Of a stretch of DNA of 64,000 nucleotides, positions 50,185 to 62,550 are shown piece after piece. Source of the stretch: Mobula hypostoma. Lineage: Eukaryota. How positions within the stretch are numbered: the stretch's first letter is position 1; each line of letters begins with the position of its first letter. The notes beneath the pieces are model-generated. The model did no database searches. It was not told the DNA's origin and saw nothing but the letters and a program-made list of their open reading frames with translations. The translations under genes and the position numbers were made by a program. Where the stretch lies: assembly GCF_963921235.1 (NCBI RefSeq), contig NC_086118.1:17982001-18046000 (forward strand). The letters run 5' to 3'.

Positions 50185-50700
50185 TGAAAAATGCGTATTC
50201 AGTCCATCCGCCACAATAGGCAGGATCTTTTGTTGGTCACCCATTTTAATTCTACTTCCCATTCCTGTTCCAACGTGCTGGCCCATGGTCTCCTCTACTG
50301 CCACAATGAGGCATTCTCAGGTTGGAGGAGAAACATCCAATACTCTGGCTAGGTTGCTCCAATGTAATGGCTTTCTCTAACTTCTGGTACTTTTTGCTTT
50401 CTTTTTCCATTCCACTTTCTGACTCTTCTCTTCTCCTCACCTGCAGTCACTGCTCCCCCTCCTCCTTCCCTTTGTCTCATGATCCACTTTCCTCTCCTAC
50501 CAGACTCCTCCTTATTCAGCCCTTTACTTCTTCCATCTATCACTTCTCAGCTTCTCACTGTATTCTCCCCCCCCCCCACCCCCACCTGGCTTCACCACTC
50601 CCCCTACTTCTTATTCTGGCTTATTTCCCTTTCCTTTGCAGTTGAATGCAAAGACTTTGAGTTTATTCCTCTCCATAGAAACTGCCTGATGTGTTATTGA
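50185..50700 (+). mobile_element. Penelope-like element 3' fragment
   Basis: HFNSTSHS and EEKH.I..LG (GIY-YIG C-terminus) followed by a pyrimidine-rich UTR. Confidence 0.55.
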
Positions 50701-50849
50701 GTGTGCATGCTAATTTAAAGAGATTTTTAAAGACCAGCTTTATTTGCCAAAACCTGAAAACATACAGTGAGGTGCATCGTTTGCATCAGGGATGTGCCAG
50801 GTGACAGCCCACGAGTGTTGCCAGCCAAGCATGCCCTCGACTTACCAAC

Positions 50850-51010
50850 TCTAATCCGTATGACTTTGGAATGTGGGAGAAAACTGGAGCACCCAGAGGA
50901 AACCCGGGCGGTCATGGGGAGAATGTACAAACTCCTTCCAGGCAGTGTCAGGAGTTGAACCCTGATCTTACAATTGGTGCGATGTAAAGCTTTGTGCTAA
51001 CCACTACACT
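50850..51010 (-). mobile_element. V-SINE fragment
   Basis: Reverse complement carries a tRNA-like head and GGGTTTCCTCTGGGTGCTCCAGTTT.CTCCCACA. Confidence 0.6.
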
Positions 51011-51019
51011 GCCATTTTA

Positions 51020-52045
51020 CATGGTGCGGTGTGGTAGAACAAGGTCAAATAATAATAATACAGAATAAAGTGTGACAGCTACAAAAAAAGCAGTGAAGTG
51101 CGATCATAACGAGGTAGATCTTAACGGTCCATCTTAATGTTCTAGGCAAACATTTGGTAGTCTTTTAACAGTGGGGTAGAACCTGTCCTTGGGTCTGGTA
51201 CAATGTGTTTTCAGGTTTTTGTAGTTTCTGTCAGTGGAAGAGGGGCAAGAAGAGAGTGTTCAGGGTGTGTGGGGTCTTTGATTATGCTGGCTGTTTTACT
51301 GAGGCAGCAATAAGTATAGACAAATTTCATGGAGGGGAGGCTGGATTCCATAATGTGCTACTGCTCCGTGTCCACGACTCTATACAATTTCTTGTGGCTA
51401 CATGCAGGGTAATTGCCATACTGATTGCCATCATGTATCTAGATAGGATGTTTTCTATGGTGCATTGATAAAAGAATATTCATGGTCAAAGGGGGCATGC
51501 CAACTTCCTTTAGCCCCCTGAGGAAGTACAGGGAGTGAGGTTTCCTGGCTGTGAAGTACAGGGAGTGAGGTTTCCTGGCTGTGAAGTACAGGGAGTGAGG
51601 TTTCTTGGCTGTGACATCTACATGGTTGGACAAGGACAAGCTGTCGCTGATGTTCATTCCTATGAACTTGAAGCTCTCAACTCTCTCAGCCTCAACACCC
51701 ACGTAGACAGTAGCATGTGCACCACCGCTCTACCTGAAGTAAATAACTTGATGTTTTGTTTTGCCCATATTGTGGGAAAGCTTGTTGCCATGACACCATG
51801 TTACTAAGCTCTCTATCTCCCTCTTGTACTCTGACTCATCATTATTTGAAGTACAGCCCACTGTGGTGGTATCGTCTGCAAACTTGTAGAATAGAATCTG
51901 GCCGTGTAGTTACACGTGTACAGAGAATAGAGTTAGGGGGCTGAGGATGCAACTATATGGGGCACCAGTATTATGAATAATCACGGTGGCAGTGGTGCTG
52001 TTTATTTTTACTTATTGTAGCCTGTTGGCCAGGATGTCAAGAAGC
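51020..52045 (-). mobile_element. Rex1/Babar-like LINE fragment ending ~60 bp before a DNAH9 exon
   Basis: Minus strand FADD, ERVESFKF.G..IS..L, LYFLR.L motifs. Confidence 0.7.
51523..51612. repeat. Tandem repeat, 3 x 30 bp, inside a LINE fragment
   Basis: Unit GAAGTACAGGGAGTGAGGTTTC(C/T)TGGCTGT. Confidence 0.95.
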
Positions 52046-52104
52046 TTATGTCAAAGTTTTACTTTGTGAAACCATGGTTCTAATCAGGATTTTCTTTTAC
52101 TAAG

Positions 52105-52340
52105 GTTCCAATCCCAGTGACCGCTGGCTTGGATCCATTGACAATGCTTACGGATGATGCAGACATTGCAGCCTGGCAGAATGAGAGCCTCCCTGCAGAT
52201 AGGATGTCCACAGAGAATGCTACAATCTTGACCAATTGTGAACGCTGGCCACTTATGATCGACCCCCAGTTGCAAGGTATCAAATGGATTAAAAACAAGT
52301 ATGGTGAAGACCTCAGAGTTGTGAGGATTGGCCAGAGAGG
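52105..52340 (+). CDS. DNAH9: DNAH9-like exon, start of AAA5 ([12 protein letters not shown]...[21 protein letters not shown]...GQRG)
   Basis: Acceptor cttttactaag|, donor |gtaagt; 236 nt, phase 0-2; RWPL.IDPQ.Q motif. Confidence 0.93.
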
Positions 52341-54229
52341 GTAAGTCAATTATCAGTGGAAATATTGAGTGTATAGTCATACGCACAAGTACATGTGTGC
52401 TCAGGTGCAATGAAAAACGTTCTTGCAGCAGCATCACAGGCACGTTGAGGCATGATACAGTATAAGACTTAGTGCATATTTGTTTAAAGCAACTAATTAT
52501 TATCAATACAAGGGCCATAGATTTCCCTGCATCAGTCCTACGGTATAGGAACATGTAATAAAATTATGCAGAGGACTCTGATCTGTCTAGCATGTCTATG
52601 CTCCTAATCTTCATGTGCCCATCGAGATACTAAGTTTAGCAATAATGATAGTCACTCAACAAAACATCATTTCTGTGGTAGGTCCAAGGACAGCCTATTT
52701 GTTAAAAAAGGGGGAACTAATGAACCCAGGTTCCCAGCATTGGATCAGGAACCTGCTAACAAAAATCCTCTGTAAAATTGTACACCAACAGAGAAAGTCG
52801 CCCTGAAATCTGGATTAGCTCAGTGACAAATCTGAGATGAAGGTAATCTTGTAACTCCTTAGCAGTTTCCTAAGCAAGCATTGCAGTGGGAATGACATCA
52901 TCACATGTACATAAACAATGTAGGAAACATCTCATCTTCCCAAACCTGACAGGAAACCAAATTTCTGGAGTGGTGCAACTCAACGCAAAAAGTCTTATTT
53001 GTGTAAAATGATGATGTTCAGACAGGAGGTACTGGAAAGCTTAGTACATTGTGACGAAATTTCCATGCATCAGTACTTGAATACAGCTTTGCCAAATTGC
53101 ACTGTAATCTTCGACAGCAGGAGCCAAAATTAAACTCAGATCAGTTCACCAGTGTACTTTCAGCTGTCAGAAGAGGTAGGGGCTGGTTCCTGAGACTGGT
53201 CACAAGTCAAATGTGTTTTAACACATTGCTTCAGCCTACCTCCAAAGCCCTATTTTTCTCCCTGGACATTCCTGAATTATTATTTAACTAGATTCCATCC
53301 GTGGTTTAAAGCATGCTTAACAAGCAATTTCTGCTTTTTCCTATGTTTTCATCTAGAAGAAGTTGTGAAATAGTTGCAACCTTCTGTTTGGTGTGCTTTC
53401 CAGCTAAGTGAGTCCTGTAACCTAAAGGCAGCTAGCTTCTGTGTGCTGTATTTGATTTTCTTAATGTGGGCTTGCATTGTGTGCTACTATATATTTCATC
53501 TGTCAAACCAACTTTTGTATGTTGCTGGTAAGCTTCAAGAAATGTTATCCTTTGTACAAATTTGGGAGATATGTATTCCTTCATGACTTCTGAGTTCCTC
53601 CATCCACAGGGACTGTGCTGTGGGTATTAAGGTTAACACATGCTTCACCATTATTGGCCAGCAGGAGGTGTGCCTGCTACATGCCAAGATGGGCATGTGG
53701 TTCATGTCTTACCTGACTTGGCCTCTAGTCCAGCTCGGAACACACTGAAATGTTGATGCTCAGGCCCTTTTATTATTCTTTGCATGTTCATTTTGTTGCT
53801 TTTACTAAATTGAAATGGATGAGGAGTGATCTATTCAAGTCCTGAAGTTGATTAATGTATTTGATGCGATAGGCTCTGGGAGGAATCTAGAAGAGAGAGT
53901 TACAAATGTAAAAAATCAAGGAAAGTACTGCAGCTGCTGAAATTTGAAGTGAGGACAGAACAAACTGAGCAGGTCAGGCAACATCTGTGGAGAGGGAAGC
54001 AGTGTTAGTACTTCAGTTTGATGAGCTTCCAGCAGAATTTGAAATAAAGAAGCAGTTGTTAACATCGAGTAGGGAAATCTGGAATTCTTTCTCCAAAATT
54101 ATCTGGTTGGTGTGTGAAAGAACCTTGCCAAATCTGAGTGACAAATTAATTTGTAAACATTTCCTGCATTTTCTTTCATAGGCCTTTATCTTACCTGGCA
54201 AGAACAGGCTGGTGTGAAGTCAGAGGTTA

Positions 54230-54570
54230 AGGTGGAAATTGGAGATACAGCACACAAACAGGCCCTTCAACTGGCCAAGTCTGCACCAACTATTGAGTGC
54301 TCATTTTTACACCAGCATTACTCTAACTCATTATATTCCCTCCACATTCCCATCAGCTCTTCTCCATGTTCGACCACTTACCAACTCACAAGGGACCATT
54401 TACGCTTGCTGATTAACCTATCGACCCTCATATCTGTGGAATATCGTAGGAAACTGGAGCTCCCCAAGGAAAGCCATACAGTCACAGTCATGGAAAGTCC
54501 ACACAGACAGCAGTAGAGTCCAGGGTTGAACCTGGGTCGTTGGGACTGTAAGGTAGTGGCTCGGTAAGGA
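54230..54570 (-). mobile_element. V-SINE, degenerate
   Basis: Reverse strand has B box GGTTCAACCC and V-domain remnants. Confidence 0.5.
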
Positions 54571-54774
54571 AATACCAATTGCAAGGTTTCAATCTTTTCT
54601 TCCCACATTCCTTTCAACTCCCTGTAGATTCCACTGCTCACCTGCAAACTTGGGACAAGTTGAGCAGCCAATGAACCTTCCAACCACACTCCTTTGCAAA
54701 GTGGGAAGGAGCTAGGGTATCCAGGGGAAAAATGTACAAAAATAGATAATGAAATTCCCTTAAACTCTCTCTCT

Positions 54775-55475
54775 GGAGGAGGAGGAGAAGATGGCAGCAC
54801 GATGCAGCACGCGCAGGGCCACTCCGGTGAATGATATCTGTAATCTGTCAAGTAGGATACCGTGCACAATTCTGGTTTGATGGAGGCAGACGTGAGAGTA
54901 TGGAGGAACATCTGGTGAAACTTCTGAAATGCCTGTTTTGCTGCTGCCATTACAGTGTGATCCGAAATCTCCGGAGGGGAAGGCCCCGAATCCTCGGCTA
55001 TGCTTGTTGCTCGGCGGTCGGCGGGGGAGGGGGGGGTAGAAGCGCTCGGCAGAGATGGTGCTCGGTGCTCGGTGTCGGAAGGCTGGTTGGAGGCTCGAAT
55101 TTTTCGGATGGACTCAGAGTCGGACTGTGGTCGGGTGCTTCCAGGATATTGCAACGGCAAGTTTGCGGCGCTGGAGGCTCATGGCAGAGAGAGTTTCTCC
55201 CTTCTACCGTCTGCGTGAGATGTTGGCGCTATCAAGACATGGAGACTTTTTTTTTTAACCGTGCCCATGGTCTGCTGTTATCAAATTACGGTATTGCTTT
55301 GCACTGTTACAACTATATGTTATAATTATGTGGTTTTTGCCAGTTTTAGTCTTGGTCTGTCCTGTGTTTCTGTGATATCATACCGGAGGAACATTGCATC
55401 ATTTTTTAATGCATGAATTTCTAAATGACAATAAACGAGGACTGAGTGTCCTCATAATCTAATCTGATCTAATCT
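54775..55475 (+). mobile_element. GC-rich non-autonomous retroelement with (AATCT)n tail
   Basis: Starts GGAGGAGGAGAAGATGGC, CpG-rich 5' half, AT-rich 3' half with AATAAA and a tandem tail; no credible ORF. Confidence 0.6.
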
Positions 55476-55989
55476 TGACCCAACGTATTATTCATTCAGA
55501 ATACCTTACAGTCTGAAGGCACACGTTACTTACCAATGAGCCAATATTGGACTCCTCTCAACATTTGGGCTTACAGTGCCAACTGATCTGTAGGCCCCCC
55601 CCCCCCAACAATCAGTTTCTCCCTCTCTCAGGCCCCCAGTCTGGCTCATCTGACAACTTTCCAACACCCACCAATGGCAACGAGAACACCACAGTACTTC
55701 CCATTGTGATGGAAATCCCCATTCCATCGCTCATCCAGTTTCTTTCACTCCATAATTGCATCGTCTTGTCTCATTGACATTGGCTTCATGAAGCAGTTTT
55801 CTTGTCTTTAAGGCCGGCATTCCCAATTGATCTACCTCTGGCTGAGAACGCCACATATCAAGACCTGCAGTTAAATTATTTATGATGTTCAGGCAGATGG
55901 GTTGTCAGATTTGTAGCAGCTCTCCTTCTGCATCCCAATAATCATCCCACACATAACTCATTTCCATTTCAAAATCCAGGCTGAACTCT

Positions 55990-56700
55990 CTTTAACATTT
56001 CAGGTTGAAAACCCTTCATCAGAATTGAGAAAGAGACAAAAGATACTTGTTAGCTGCAGGCTTGTTGGGAGATGGGTATGTCCCTGACAGGGTAAAACAG
56101 GGGCAACCTTAGAGATAAGCTGTAACAAGGTTAAGCAGTTAGTGAGTGAAAACACAAAAAATGGTAGGAATTGCAAAACAGAGAGCAGGAAGATATGCTC
56201 AGCAGATCAGGCTGAATGCATTCTTCACTTCCAGAGGAAAAAAATAAAATATGACATTGAAGGGAGAAATGAACAAGCCAAATGGACAGCAGCTACAGAC
56301 ATAAAGTCAAATCACTTGCAGTTATAACTTTCAAAATCACGTACAGAAAATTGCTATGTGCCCAGATGGAAGATGAGGTGCTGTTCCTAGGATTACATTT
56401 GCTTCGTTGTAACAGTGCAGGATGCCAATGACTGATGGATCAGAGAGTGAGTGGGATGGAAAATTAAGGTGACAACAGGAAATTCAGGGTCACCCTGAGG
56501 CCTGCATGTGGGTCTTCTGCCAATAGTCACCCAGCCTGCTTTGGTTTCCCTTGTGTAGACAAGGCCACATTGTGAACACTGAATGCAGCACTCCAGATTG
56601 GAAGAAGAGCAAGTGAATTGTTGTTTCATCTGGAAAAAAAGTTTGTGTCTGCTCTGCCATCAGTAACATCACGACCATATTCATGCACTGACCCCACATC
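55990..56700 (-). mobile_element. Penelope-like (Neptune-type) fragment: GIY-YIG remnant plus terminal repeat with a hammerhead core
   Basis: QFTC.SSNL..CIQC.QCGL.Y..ETK (56393-56629); minus strand CTGATGA-aggg..cct-GAAA at ~56022-55998. Confidence 0.7.
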
Positions 56701-57090
56701 CTTGATTATCTTAATATCTAAAAATCTATCAAACTGATCTCTCTTTAAAATCTGGACTATCCACTTGTTTTAGTTAATTGACTTCTTTCTAATAATTGGC
56801 TTTCACTTAGTACAATACACACTAAGTGATTTTGGGAAACACTTTGGTTTTCTGTGACATTGATATGGCCCTGAACTGCTTGTCGGAATAGATATGAAAG
56901 AACCGTTGAGGTATTCTTGACATAATGTGACATTGATTTGAGTTTTGACAGGCCTGCAGCCTGAAAGATTTATCGATTAAAACCATAGTGAACATACAAG
57001 TCAGATTCAGAAAGACCTAAGAATAATTGTAAATAATTACCATGATAAATGAAGAATAATATAAAGGTATTTATGTTCTTATATTTCAAG

Positions 57091-57213
57091 TTATCTCGAT
57101 ATCATGGAACATGCCCTTGGAGCAGGTGAAGTAGTCCTAATTGAAAACCTTGAAGAGACAGTGGATCATGTGCTGGGACCTTTGCTGGGCAGAGAAACTA
57201 TTAAGAAGGGCAG
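57091..57213 (+). CDS. DNAH9: DNAH9-like exon, AAA5 ([40 protein letters not shown])
   Basis: Acceptor atatttcaag|, donor |gtaagg; 123 nt, phase 2-2; hand translation. Confidence 0.92.
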
Positions 57214-57514
57214 GTAAGGGTTTATGGAGAGCATGTTTACAACTCTCAATAATCTTTTGTAATTATTATCGAACATTTCAACTCTTAATCTCTAGAGCTT
57301 CTTCTTTCCGAATTCATCAAAATCCATTTCACGAAGATTACGAGCACAGGACAGACGTGGGAGAAATGCAGCTCTCACTCACAGCATTAAGGCCACTTGA
57401 ATTGTGAACCTTTTTTACCAAACATTTATATAATATATATAAAAATTCTTAGTTCATCTGAGTCTGGTTGGCAAAGCAATAATGATTTTGAAATTAACTG
57501 TTTCCAAATTGGTT

Positions 57515-59460
57515 TCAATGTGAAACTCATTGTCAGCATGTCCCTGTAGGAGTAAGAAGCAAAGATAGTGAGATTAAAGAACACCAGATAACAAAGGATA
57601 TTGAAGGTTTGATCAAGGAAAAGAAGAAAGTGCATGTCAGGTGTAGGAAATTGTTACTGAATTGAATACTTTTGTGTTTATAGGGAAAGGAGTTATGAAA
57701 GAAGGAAAGAAAGAAGCAAGGAATTGACAAATAGGATTAAGGAAAATCCTACAAATTTATATGCGTATATTAGCAGTAGAGGGTAACTGAGGAAGAAGTA
57801 TGTCCCCTCGGGTACAAAGGGTAACCAGTGTGTGGAGCCAGGGGCTAGAGGCAAGGTCCTGAATGAATACATCTCTTCAGTATTCACTAAGGAAAAGAAC
57901 ATGGAGGTTGTAAATTTAAGAGAGGGGAATGCTGATATTCTGGAGCATGTCTGTATTAGGAAGAGGAAGTATTAGACACATTGGAGCACATTACCTTGGA
58001 TAAATCTACAAGGTCCAACAGGATCTATTCCAAGGTGTTAAGGATAACAGTGGAAGTGGCTGCCAGGGCTATGACAGGTTTTTGGATCGTTGTTTGCCAG
58101 GGGTGAGGCACCAGCAGACTGAAGCATAGCTAATGTTGTTCCCTTGTTTAAAGAGGATACCAAGGGAAATCTGTAAATGATGCACCAATGAGCCTTACGT
58201 TGGTGGTCAGAATTTTGTTGAAGAAGGTTCAGAGAGGCTGGATTTATTTTGGCTTGGAAAGGCACAGACTGATAGGAGGAATCAGCATGGTTTTGTGCAG
58301 GGAAGATTACATCTCTTAAATCTGGTTATGTTATTTGAGAAGTTAGCTAAGAACATTAAGGAAGGCAATGCAATATATATGGCTTATATGGATTTCAGTA
58401 AGGCTTTTGATAAGGTCCTGCATGGTAGTTTGGTTGAGAAGGTTAAGGCACAAAGCATCTGAGGCACGTTTTCAAACTGGCATGGTGATAGAAGGTAGAG
58501 GTTAATAGCAGAAAGGTAATTTTCTGACTAGAAGTCTGTAACAATTGGTGTATTTTGGGATTATTTGTAATATATTTAAGTAATTTGAATGAGAATACAG
58601 ATGGTCTGATTATAAAGTTTGCTGATAATGTGAAAATTGATGGAGTTCTAGATGGCAAAGAAGGCTGATTAAGAATACGGGAAGATGTAAGTTAGCTGGA
58701 AAGTTGGCAGGGTAGTGGCAGACGGAATTTAATCTGGACAACTGTGAAGTAATGCACTTTAGAAAGCCAAATTATGGTGTCATATATTGAACAGACTAAA
58801 TAGCAGAGCCCTTAGGAGCACTATGTACTGAGAGACCCTGGTGTTCAAGTTTGTAATTCTCTTTGTAGGGGCTAAGGTATGCATGGCTTCATAGGCTGAA
58901 GTTAGGAATATAAGATTTGGGATGTCATGTTACAGTAATACAAAACATTGGGAGAACAAAGTACAGTTCTGCTCTCCACAATACAGGATGGATATGGTAG
59001 AAATATAGAGAGTGCAGAAGAGATTCACCAGCATGTTGCCTGGAACTGAGAACTGCAGTTATAGTGAAAGATTGGATAGGCTAGGTTAATTCTCATTAGA
59101 CTGTAGGAAGCTGAGGGATTTAGAGATTTGTAAAATTATGTGGTACTTTGGGGTAGGATGGATACTCAGAGGCTTTATCATATGGCTTGTGTGTCCGGAG
59201 ATTGCAAACTTAAGATGAGAGGGGAGAATTTAAAGAATATCTGAAGGGTAGGTTTTTCACATAGAGGGTGGTAGATATCTGGGATGAGCTGGCAGAGGAT
59301 GTGGTAAGGATGGTACATTTGCAATGTTAAAAGTCATTTGTGCATGTACTTAGAAACAGTACACACAGGCATGGGCCTAATGCAGGTAAATGTGATTAGA
59401 GTGCATAGGCATCATATTTGCATAGATGAGGTGAGTTGAAGAGGTCTGGTTCTATGTTCT
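57515..59460 (+). mobile_element. CR1 LINE ORF2 pseudogene (RT and 3' UTR)
   Basis: KENP..LYAYI, QHGF, YMDFSKAFDKV, KFADNVK, ERVQKRFT motifs; TTCTATG tail; many stops. Confidence 0.85.
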
Positions 59461-60674
59461 TAGATTAGATATTCCAAGAAATGCAACCTGTTAATGCAAT
59501 GGGGTACCTGGTTGAGTACTGAAGACCTGTACTAATCAACTGGCTAGAGTATTCACTGATATCCGTAACCTCTCACTTCAGCATTCTGGGGCACTCACCT
59601 GCTTCAAGCTGGCTTCGATTTTACAGATGCCCAAGAAGTGCATGGTATCATGCCTCAGTCACTATCGTCCAGTAGCACTTACATACACTTTGATGAAATG
59701 CTTTGAGAGGTTGTTGAAGAGGAGTGACTTGGAACCACCCTAATTTGCCTACCATCATAACAGTTCAACATTGCACTGGCTCTTCACTCAACCCTGAAAC
59801 ATCTAGAGAGTGAAGGTAAGTATATCAAGAGGCTCTTCATTGACTAAAGCTCTGTATTCAATTCTATCATCCCCTCAAAACTAATTAATAAGCACCAAGA
59901 TCTAGGCCTCTATACCTCCTTGTGCAATTGGATCCTCAATTTCCTCACTTGCAGGCCCCAGTCGGTTTGGATTGGCAGCAGCATCTCCTCCATAATCACC
60001 ATCAACAAAGGTTCCCCACAAGGCTGAGAGCTTAGCCACCTGCTCTTCTCGCTTTATACTTATGACTGTGAGGCTAAGTACAGCTCCAATGCTATATTTA
60101 AGCTTGCTGACGACACTACTGTCGTTGGCCAAATCAAAGGTAATGATGATTCAGCGTACTGGAGGAAGATTGAAAATCTGGCTGAATGGTGGAAGAACAA
60201 CAACCAATGTCAGCAAAGGAAACAGCTGATTACTGACTGCAGGAGAAAGAAACCAGAGGTCAATGTGCCTGTCCTCCTCAGGGGATCAGAGATTAAGAAG
60301 GTCAGAAACTTTAAATCCCTCAGCATTATCACTTCAGAGGATCTGCCCTGGATCCAGCACCTAAGACCAATTCTGAAGAAAACATGACAGTGCCTTTTCT
60401 TTCTTAGAAGCCTGTGAAGATTTGGCATGTCATCTAAAACTTTGACAAAGTTCTATAGATGCACGTGCACATTATACTGACTGGTTGCATCATGGCCTGG
60501 TATGGTAGTGCCAATGCCCTTGAACGGAAAAGCCTGCGACAAGTACTGGATATAGCCCAGCCCATCATGGTTAAAGCTCCTTCTATCATTTACCACATCT
60601 ACAAGGAGAGCTGTCACAGGAAAGCAGCAGGCAGCATCTGTTTTGTTTTGTCTATAATATTTCAGTTATATTTG

Positions 60675-60710
60675 AGTCCTGACGAAGGGTCTCGGCCTGA
60701 AACGTCGACT
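60675..60710 (+). ncRNA. Minimal type I hammerhead ribozyme motif in a Penelope terminal-repeat fragment (~60675-60812)
   Basis: AGTC-CUGACGA-AGG(gucucgg)CCU-GAAA-CG-UC^GACU: stem I AGUC/GACU, intact core, GUC cleavage triplet. Confidence 0.7.
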
Positions 60711-61272
60711 GCGCCTCTTCCTATAGATGCTGCTTGGCCTGCTGCGTTCACCAGCAACTTTGATGTATGTTGCTTGAATTTCCAGCATCTGCAGAATTCC
60801 TGTTGTTTGCGTTGTAAATATATTGTTTGGTTAAGCATTCTTTGTTTTACCATATAGTTCATTATAGATTATATGTAAAAGTACATGAATGACATATGTC
60901 ATTATAGCACTACATCATATGTGTAAAAAATAAACTAGACATGTTATTCCCGACTCTGTTTTCTTTCTATTAGTTTTATGGTTTGAAGTTATAAAACATA
61001 ATAACATCCATCTTAAAGGATCCCCACCATCCAGGCCAGGCTCTCTTCTCACTGCTGCCATCAGGAAGGAGGCACAGGGACCTCAGGTCCCACACCACCA
61101 GGGTTCAGGAACAGCTATCACCTCTTAATCATCAGGCTCTCGAACCAGAGCAGATAACTTCACTCACCCCAACACTACACTTATCCCACATCATATGGGC
61201 TCACTTTCAAGGACACTTCATCTCATATTCTCAATATTTCCTATTTATATATGTATTATTATTATTATTATT

Positions 61273-62125
61273 TTCTCAGATCAGGCTGGTAAAACCTGGG
61301 GTACAGGCATAGCCATGCACACTCATTTCTTAATTTCTGGGAACTTTCAGACCATTCTATTGGTATTTAGCATTGTGGCTTTCTGGAGATTTACATAAAA
61401 GTTGCTGTGTAGCCCTAATTGTTTATTGCTATTGTGTAGTGACTTTGGGATGATACCAGTTGTAGATATTACTATTGGGACAATGTATACCTTGTTCATG
61501 CTCCATAGTCTTTCAATTTCCTCTGTAATTCAGCATATTTCTGGTGTTTTTCATTTATTGATTTCTGTATTTATGTATGTTTGGAATGTCTATATCTATT
61601 AAGTAAGTTGTTCTTGCCTGGTTACCCTGTATTATTATATCCGAACGGTTATTATGGATATCCTATCTGTAATAACCAATCAGTTGTAATATAATTTGTG
61701 GGACTCTGACTCTAAAACTGGATCAGGCTTGTATTTATAGTAAGTTCGGGTTTATTTTATGAAGTTGTGTTCTAAAGCAAGATTTTTGTGAATAATGTTT
61801 GCCACTTGATTGCACCTGTGTAAGTAATCAGATTGAGTTAAACTGCTGCAGGATCCTGTAGTGTGTTGGATTGTTTCTGGTTTCTCTTGGCATTTTCTGC
61901 ATTTATCGTCCTGAATTTGTTGGTCTTTTATTTCGTATTTTTGATCATTTGTTTGCATTAACCACTTGGTTCTGTATTGCCACAAGGAACCCTGTTTGTG
62001 GGAAAAGCCATGTGTTCAATGCTTCCTTGTCCACATCTAGTCTGCTCAGATTGTGGGGATTTCTTCCACGGAGGTTCATAATCTTCCATTGGTTAACTTT
62101 TTCTTTTCTCGCAATAATTTCTTCA
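61273..62125 (-). mobile_element. R4/Dong-clade non-LTR retrotransposon 3' fragment next to (TAA)n
   Basis: GFLVAIQNQV, CRKC....ETIQH..GSC..L...YL.R.NQVA.IIH knuckle, NNRSDII (PD-like), IVPIVISTTGIIPK; (TAA)n at 61254-61272. Confidence 0.75.
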
Positions 62126-62550
62126 TTTGCACAAAAAGAAATGCTATTAGTATTAGCACAGTTTGTTGTCTTTTGCACATTGATTGTTTCTCCATCTTTG
62201 TGTGTGTTTTTTATTGATTCTATTTTTTTTTCATTTACTGTGAATGCCAGCAAGAAAATAAATCTCAGGGTGACATGAATATACTAAAAGGACTAACTGG
62301 TTCTTTGAGTGTCATACTGAAACTTGAATGTTTCCTTACATGCTAAGTCCCACAACTTAGTAACTTGTGAGTTATATCCAATATCCCATTATGTATAATC
62401 CACTTCATCGGGATAGAGAACCAATAAAGTCACCGTACGTTTTTCCTCTTTTTATTCTGCTAATTTTCTGATGTTAGATTGTCACCGTAACTTCAAGTAC
62501 AATTACACTGATTTTGTTCTTGAACTGAAAGTATGCCTTTTCCTGCCTAG

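Larger units (their letters stand above)
59590..62290 (+). mobile_element. Rex1/Babar-like LINE 3' half hosting several later insertions
   Basis: YRPVALT...[55 protein letters not shown] motifs. Confidence 0.8.

Noticed and set aside
54378..55325. 260-aa and 164-aa ORFs
   Set aside because: They cross GC-rich repeat boundaries, lack recognisable domains and lack splice context
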